A stretch of DNA of 11,373 nt, taken from the NCBI GenBank assembly GCA_038279365.1, contig JAYODI010000127.1, positions 1 to 11,373 of the forward strand, read 5' to 3'. The position numbers and the translations under genes were made by a program. Position 1 is the stretch's first letter; each line of letters starts with the position of its first letter. Source of the stretch: Candidatus Latescibacterota bacterium (lineage in GTDB: Bacteria; Latescibacterota; UBA2968). Below, in pieces: positions 6,282-11,373 of this stretch. The notes below the pieces were generated by a model. It ran no database searches. It had not been told where the DNA came from and saw nothing but the letters and a program-made list of their open reading frames with translations.

Positions 6282-6857
6282 ATGAGACGCCTGCTGTTTG
6301 TTGTGCTTAGTTATTTGGTTTCAAATCCTGCAAATGCCGAAGTATTAGATCGCACAATATTGTCTTTTGGAATGGGGGCAAGTTATCCAATTGCAGTTGG
6401 CGCACCCGATATTTTCTCTGAAGAATGGAACAGTGGTGTTCATATTGGTGGGAGCTTGGGATATATTTTGGATAAAGGACAAAAGTTCATTGTTTCGTCT
6501 TCTGTTGATTATACCAATTATATATTGGCGTTGAGTGAAGGAACAATTGTACGTGCAGACCAGTCGGTAGATGTTGTGAGTGTTTTTACCGATCTGAAGA
6601 TGCGCTTGCGCTCCAGCAGTGCTCTTGTGATTCCATATGTTAAAGGGGGGTTGGGTTTGTTTCGGTCTGTAAGGGAGGATCGTGTTCGAGACACGTTGGA
6701 CAAACAAAATAAAATGGGGTTTGGTGTGGATGCAGGTGTTGATTTGGCAGTGTCGGGACGTGCAGGTTTTTTTGCTGAGGCACAATATCAGGTGGGATTA
6801 ACAGAAATTAAAACAACGCAACACATGCCCTTTAAAGTGGGGTTCTTTTTTCGGTAA
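6282..6857 (+). CDS. Small outer-membrane beta-barrel protein (8-stranded OMP_b-brl-like)
   Basis: SD GGAGG (6270-6274) before ATG 6282. Signal peptide MRRLLFVVLSYLVSNPANA|E. Amphipathic strands (IPYVKGGLG, GFGVDAGVD, FFAEAQY) and an aromatic-rich C-terminal strand FKVGFFFR. Confidence 0.82.
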   Translation: MRRLLFVVLSYLVSNPANAEVLDRTILSFGMGASYPIAVGAPDIFSEEWNSGVHIGGSLGYILDKGQKFIVSSSVDYTNYILALSEGTIVRADQSVDVVSVFTDLKMRLRSSSALVIPYVKGGLGLFRSVREDRVRDTLDKQNKMGFGVDAGVDLAVSGRAGFFAEAQYQVGLTEIKTTQHMPFKVGFFFR

Positions 6858-6865
6858 AGGATGAT

Positions 6866-7849
6866 TTGTCGCGTATGACGCAATCTGAATGCCAAGCTTT
6901 GATGGCCTGTTGGAATATCGGCACAATTCAATCTGTTGCGATACCTGAAATGGGAACCATCAACACCATTCGCATTTTAGATACGGATCATGGCAAGTTT
7001 GTACTGCGTATATACCGCCACCATATTCTTAAACGCATCGAGACAGAATTGCGTGTGGTTCGGTGGGTTGCTGAGCGAGGCATTCCGGCTGTTTTGCCCC
7101 TTCAAACGTGTGATGGCAAGGGCTTTGTAGAATACAACGACCAATTTGTGACTTTGTTGCCATTTGTTTCGGGGTATCAGGTTTTGCGTGATCAGTTGCA
7201 ATTGGGTGATGTTGCACAGATGGGGCGTTTTTTGGGGCAAGTGCATCGGGTGCTTTCTGAGTATCCAATAGATGATATGCCACTTGTGAGTGTTCATATT
7301 GAACCCGAAGAGACCCTTGCGGGTATAGATCGGTTAGAGGGCCTTGTTCGTGCTGTCCCAAACCCACACGTGACAGATGAATATGCCTTGACGCGATTGA
7401 TTTCTCGCAGAGAGTGGTTGCAAGGGCGTGGCAAGGAAGATGTGAGTGGGCTTTTTCAGTTGCCATTTCAAGTGGTGCATGGTGATTTTCAAGAAACCAA
7501 TGTGTTTTTTGAAAACGGTGAGATTTCTGCTCTGATTGATTGGGATAAGATTTATACGGCACCTGCTGTTTGGGAAGTGATTCGAACCATCCATTTGATG
7601 TTGCATTTTGAACCGACTCAAAGCATTGCCTTTTTAAAAGCCTACCAAGAAACAAATGAGCTTTCTATTGAGGCATTGGATGTGGCAGTACATTGTTATG
7701 GCTTGAGTCGGGCTTATGAATTGTGGTTGTTTAAGGAAATTTATGATCACGGTAATGATCGTGTGCGCCAGTTTGTGAGGCCTGGTAAATTTGTGCCTGT
7801 TGCAGATGATTGGGCACGTGTGCGTCCTTTGGTGTTGGAGATTTTATGA
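6866..7849 (+). CDS. APH/choline-kinase-family phosphotransferase (type II homoserine kinase-like)
   Basis: GTIN loop, KFVLRIY, Brenner motif VVHGDFQETNVFF and ALIDWD. Start is TTG 6866 or ATG 6875. Confidence 0.85.
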   Translation: MSRMTQSECQALMACWNIGTIQSVAIPEMGTINTIRILDTDHGKFVLRIYRHHILKRIETELRVVRWVAERGIPAVLPLQTCDGKGFVEYNDQFVTLLPFVSGYQVLRDQLQLGDVAQMGRFLGQVHRVLSEYPIDDMPLVSVHIEPEETLAGIDRLEGLVRAVPNPHVTDEYALTRLISRREWLQGRGKEDVSGLFQLPFQVVHGDFQETNVFFENGEISALIDWDKIYTAPAVWEVIRTIHLMLHFEPTQSIAFLKAYQETNELSIEALDVAVHCYGLSRAYELWLFKEIYDHGNDRVRQFVRPGKFVPVADDWARVRPLVLEIL

Positions 7850-8916
7850 ACGCGCTTTTTTTTTGGGAAAAGGCGGGCGGGCTTACGCTTGAGCACAAGT
7901 GCAATCCTTATGGGCCACTGTTGGCGCTTGCGATGGCAAAAAAAGGTGTGCATTTGGAATTGGGAGACTACGCTTTTGAGAAGGCGTATTTGGAAAAGAA
8001 GCGTGAGACATATGCGGTGTTGCATATCAATTGGTTGCATCACTTTTATCGGGCAGAAGATTTGCAAACGGGTGTGACGCGGTTAAATGATTTTGTGGAA
8101 AAGTTGAACTTTGCAAAAAATTTGGGATATCGCATTGTATGGACAATGCATAATTTTTATCCACACGAAAGACCTTTTCCTGAGTTGGATCATTTGGCGC
8201 AGTTGTCGATGTGTCGTTTGGCAGATCATGTGGTGGCGCATTGTGGGTATGCGGCAGAGTTGGCACGCAAACATTTTTATCGTTTAAAAAATTTGCACGT
8301 GATTCCGCATGGGAATTATATTGATGCGTATCCCAATGTTGTTTTGAGATTTGAGGCACGTCAGCAATTAAAGATTGCGGATGATGCCTTTGTGTATGTG
8401 TTTGTTGGCAATGCACGGCCCTATAAAGGTATTGAGCGGTTGATTGAAGCCTTTGGTCAGGTGGCAGATGAAAAGTCTGTGTTGTTGCTGATGATGAGAA
8501 GTGGCTTAAACCCAGTTTATGCCCAAGAGATTCAAGCGAAGGTGCAAGATCATGATCGGATATTGGCATTTGCATCGCCATTTTTTGAACGGGATGAATT
8601 TCAAACCTATCTAAATGCCGCCGATGTTGCTGTGTTGCCGTTTGTGGATGTGCTGACATCGGGTTCTGCACTTTTGGCTTTATCATTTGGCAAACCTGTT
8701 ATTTTGCCTCACATAGGCTGTTTGCCTGAGGTTGTCGATCAGACGATGGGGCATTTGTTTGATGCCAAAGCATCCAGGGGTTTGCAAGCGGCGATGTTAG
8801 CGATTCGAAAAAGAGATATTGATGCATTAAGTCATTGTGCATATGAACGGGCAAAATCATTGCATTGGGATGGGATTGCTGAGCGGTTGGCGGTTTTGTA
8901 TCGGGGTGGCTTGTGA
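7846..8916 (+). CDS. GT-B glycosyltransferase, GumI-like (GT4-like fold)
   Basis: ATG 7846 overlaps the kinase stop (ATGA), SD GGAG at 7837-7840. Motifs NPY, VLHINW, WTMHNFYPHE, IPHGNY, RPYKG and VLPF..TSGSALLALSFGKPVI. Confidence 0.88.
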   Translation: MNALFFWEKAGGLTLEHKCNPYGPLLALAMAKKGVHLELGDYAFEKAYLEKKRETYAVLHINWLHHFYRAEDLQTGVTRLNDFVEKLNFAKNLGYRIVWTMHNFYPHERPFPELDHLAQLSMCRLADHVVAHCGYAAELARKHFYRLKNLHVIPHGNYIDAYPNVVLRFEARQQLKIADDAFVYVFVGNARPYKGIERLIEAFGQVADEKSVLLLMMRSGLNPVYAQEIQAKVQDHDRILAFASPFFERDEFQTYLNAADVAVLPFVDVLTSGSALLALSFGKPVILPHIGCLPEVVDQTMGHLFDAKASRGLQAAMLAIRKRDIDALSHCAYERAKSLHWDGIAERLAVLYRGGL

Positions 8917-9326
8917 TAGACATTTATGAATATACATTTTCGGTATCGGAAGAAGCCATTGATGAAAATGGGCATGTGAATAATGTTGTGTACTTGCGTT
9001 GGTTGCTTGATGCTGCAGAGGCACATGCCATTGCTGTTGGTGGTGACAAAGCCACTTCTGAGATTGGGGCAACGTGGTTTATTAGGGCGCATCGCATCGA
9101 TTATTTGCGCCCTGCTTTTTTAGACAATCAATTAACCATTCAAACTTGGGTTGCCAGTGTTCGACGGGTGCAGTCAACGCGCAAATATAAAATTCTACGG
9201 GGTGATGAAACGGTGGTAGAGGCTGAGACGGATTGGGTGCTTGTGGATGCTCGAACGGGGCGACCTCAGAAAATTCCTCAATCGATTATGGATTGTTTTG
9301 TGGTTGTGGAAAATGAAACGATTTAA
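8913..9326 (+). CDS. Acyl-CoA thioesterase, hot-dog fold (4HBT/YbgC-like)
   Basis: IDENGHVNNVVYLRW, HRIDYLRPAF and ETDWVLVDARTGRP. The GTG start overlaps the upstream stop (GTGA). Confidence 0.9.
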   Translation: MIDIYEYTFSVSEEAIDENGHVNNVVYLRWLLDAAEAHAIAVGGDKATSEIGATWFIRAHRIDYLRPAFLDNQLTIQTWVASVRRVQSTRKYKILRGDETVVEAETDWVLVDARTGRPQKIPQSIMDCFVVVENETI

Positions 9327-9344
9327 TTTTAAAGGGAGGAAAAT

Positions 9345-10457
9345 ATGGCGTTGAAAGTTGGTTTGGTGGGGATGCGTGGCATTGGGAATAACCATGCCAA
9401 TTGTCATATGAAAGATGATTTGTCAAATTTGGTGGCGGTTTGTGATGTGGTGAAAGAACGCGCCGATGAGGCTGCAGAAAAGCACGGGATTAAGGCGTAT
9501 TACAGTTTAAAAGATATGTTGGACAATGAAGATTTGGATGTGGTGGATGTGACAACGGGTGGAAATGAAAATGGCAGTTGGCATTATGAACCCGTGATGG
9601 AAGCATTGGCAGCAGGTAAGCATGTGTTGTGTGAAAAACCGTTGTCAAATGATGTGGATGAAGCACGTGATATGGTGGCCTATGCCGCAGATCGCAATTT
9701 GTATTTGGGCTGCAATTTAAACCACTATTTTACACCGCCCGCTGATCAGGCCAAAAAGTATATGGCAGAAGGCAAGGTGGGCGAGCTGGTGTATTGCATT
9801 CACAAAATGGGTTTTCCGGGTGGGGAAGAAACGTATAAACCGAATGTTGTCCCAAATTTTTGGGGGCATCCGTATGCGCATGTGAAGGCGTTTTTGACAC
9901 ATCCCTTTAGCGTGATGCGCTATTTTTGTGGCGATGTCACCCACGTGCAGGCATTTTTTGACAAGCCGAGTTCGCGCCGTAAAGCCGGTGATTTGATGTT
10001 GTCGATTAACAGCATTCATTTGCGGTTTGAAAATGGTGCGATGGGTTATTTGTTGAGCCAGCGTGGGGATGCCACATTTGGTTTGGGTGGTTGGTGGAGT
10101 GTGGAGGTGGCGGGTACACGAGGTACGTTTTGCATTGAGAATTGTATTGAAAAGGTGACGTTTTGGCCTTCGCCTGGTACTGCTGCTGCACCTGAAAACT
10201 TGCAGTTGGGTTCTTCACCAGATCCTGTGGTACATGAGTCGGGCATTAAGGATTTTGGCCAAACCTTTCCCAATCGGATTCATGCGTTTTTAGAAGATGT
10301 GAGCAATGGGGTGCCCAAAGAACAATTGCGTGCATCGGGGCGTGATGCACTGGCCGCGTTGGAATATACGTGGGCTGCGATGACCTCTTATGAATGTGGT
10401 GGCGAGTTGGTACAACCCAACCCATTGCCATTGCTCAAGGGTGATCCGAGAGGATAG
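9345..10457 (+). CDS. Gfo/Idh/MocA-family NAD(P)-dependent oxidoreductase
   Basis: KVGLVGMRGIG Rossmann motif, VAVCDV, GKHVLCEKPL and strong SD AGGGAGG. Confidence 0.92.
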   Translation: MALKVGLVGMRGIGNNHANCHMKDDLSNLVAVCDVVKERADEAAEKHGIKAYYSLKDMLDNEDLDVVDVTTGGNENGSWHYEPVMEALAAGKHVLCEKPLSNDVDEARDMVAYAADRNLYLGCNLNHYFTPPADQAKKYMAEGKVGELVYCIHKMGFPGGEETYKPNVVPNFWGHPYAHVKAFLTHPFSVMRYFCGDVTHVQAFFDKPSSRRKAGDLMLSINSIHLRFENGAMGYLLSQRGDATFGLGGWWSVEVAGTRGTFCIENCIEKVTFWPSPGTAAAPENLQLGSSPDPVVHESGIKDFGQTFPNRIHAFLEDVSNGVPKEQLRASGRDALAALEYTWAAMTSYECGGELVQPNPLPLLKGDPRG

Positions 10458-10479
10458 TTTGGTTATCTTGCGTTTTTAT

Positions 10480-10528
10480 AACAAATAAAAAGCCGATCTC
10501 TCAAACAGAGATCGGCTTTTTATTTGTT
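10480..10528. terminator. Bidirectional intrinsic terminator between convergent genes
   Basis: Perfect 22-bp inverted repeat AACAAATAAAAAGCCGATCTCT (10480-10501) / AGAGATCGGCTTTTTATTTGTT (10507-10528) with a 5-nt loop CAAAC, giving a U-tract on either strand. Confidence 0.92.
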
Positions 10529-10539
10529 GTGTGGTAAAT

Positions 10540-11373
10540 TTAAGATGCGATTTCAAAACCCCCTTGACCATCATCGAGCATAATTAAACCTGAGGCATTG
10601 GGGTCGAGGTTGATAAGGCCCTGATAGGTGTTGTTGTTTGTGATGTATTCAAACTGGATGCGGTTGTCTTCTTGATTGATGGTGATGTTGGGTGCTTCTT
10701 CGTTGGGTCCTTGGACTGTAAAGAGCGTGGCAATACGACATTGATTTGTTTGGGCTTGTGTTTCTGCTGTAAAGTGCCAGCGTTTGGCGGGCAGGGGTTT
10801 TTTGAGTGTGGGAAATCCTTTGTCGGGGGCGACGGGCCAATCGTCATTTTGACTCAGCGAAAGACCTGTTGAACTAAAGATTTGCCCCGTTAATGTTGCA
10901 CCGTGGCGTTTTGATATAACGGTGTGATTTGCAATGTCAAACTTTTCAAATGCGTGTAATAACCATTGAAATGTTGCGGGAGAAGGTGTTGCCAAATCAT
11001 CTACCACAACAAGAACGGATGGTCGAATTAACAACATATGACGACGACTTTTTGTCATCAAATCGCCATAGGCATTTTCGGCTTCGCCGCACACATACCC
11101 GTATTGATCTTGGGTGAAGAAGTCGATGATTTCACCACCGCGATTGCCGTCGCGATTGATAGCGCCTTGACCATTTACCAAAATGCAATTGTGTGATATG
11201 GACTGTTGTGCATATTCGTTGTGAAAGGGGGTGCCGTGTTGCGGAAAGCGTTCGCCGCCAGCGCAGATGAGGGCTCGCCCCCCTTTCATGATGGCAAAGT
11301 CATTTTGGCTTGCATGGCCGTGACTCACGCCGCCATAGGGGGAGGAACGGAACATGACCATAAAGTCGTCTTT
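10540..11373 (-). CDS. 3' part of a heparinase II/III-family lyase (PL15/oligoalginate-lyase-like, DUF4962-type); starts beyond the right edge
   Basis: The frame is open to the edge (KDDFMVMFR..). FRSSPYGGVSHGHASQNDF resembles the PL15-type FxSSPYGsxSHxHxDQN motif. Also SHNCILVNGQG, VVVDDL and FQWLLHA. Confidence 0.85.
   Translation of the reverse strand, partial: KDDFMVMFRSSPYGGVSHGHASQNDFAIMKGGRALICAGGERFPQHGTPFHNEYAQQSISHNCILVNGQGAINRDGNRGGEIIDFFTQDQYGYVCGEAENAYGDLMTKSRRHMLLIRPSVLVVVDDLATPSPATFQWLLHAFEKFDIANHTVISKRHGATLTGQIFSSTGLSLSQNDDWPVAPDKGFPTLKKPLPAKRWHFTAETQAQTNQCRIATLFTVQGPNEEAPNITINQEDNRIQFEYITNNNTYQGLINLDPNASGLIMLDDGQGGFEIAS

Noticed and set aside
6866-7849. Calling the kinase thrB or an aminoglycoside-resistance gene
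   Set aside because: Only superfamily-level motifs are visible, so substrate specificity cannot be assigned.
6345-10431. Minus-strand ORFs opposite the barrel, kinase, glycosyltransferase, thioesterase and oxidoreductase (e.g. 7029-7655, 8027-8686)
   Set aside because: Shadow ORFs with no motifs.
10480-10528. 22-bp perfect inverted repeat as a MITE or REP
   Set aside because: Its position between convergent stops, GC core and A/T tails are fully explained by a bidirectional terminator.
1-11373. CRISPR array, tRNA/rRNA, integrase/transposase, or a Cas9/IscB assignment for the HNH
   Set aside because: No spaced repeats or RNA-gene signatures were seen. The 137-aa HNH has no RuvC or other effector domains.

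Overview
Gene-dense region from a diderm (outer-membrane-bearing) bacterium. The + strand is G/T-rich throughout, even inside minus-strand genes, so it is probably the leading strand. The content (two heparinase II/III-family lyases, a PhyH-type 2OG/Fe(II) oxygenase, a Gfo/Idh/MocA oxidoreductase, DlgD/YiaK) resembles polysaccharide-degrading lineages such as Latescibacterota or Poribacteria; this is inference only. Order: 5' end of a minus-strand gene with a degenerate receiver domain; yccU-like CoA-binding protein and dlgD; an inverted two-gene cassette with its own sigma70-like promoter (RHH-like partner plus small HNH nuclease, toxin-antitoxin-like); a deleted/frameshifted membrane PH-domain remnant missed by the ORF track; a PhyH-family oxygenase with H-x-G instead of H-x-D; a ~180-nt four-hairpin non-coding element; a PL12-like lyase; a tightly coupled run of OM beta-barrel, APH-family kinase, GumI-like glycosyltransferase, thioesterase and Gfo/Idh/MocA, preceded by an ECF-like promoter; a 22-bp bidirectional terminator; and the 3' part of a convergent PL15-like lyase. 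The best novelty candidates are the partner+HNH cassette, the structured element and the HxG oxygenase. No tools were used; family calls rest on motifs recognised by eye.
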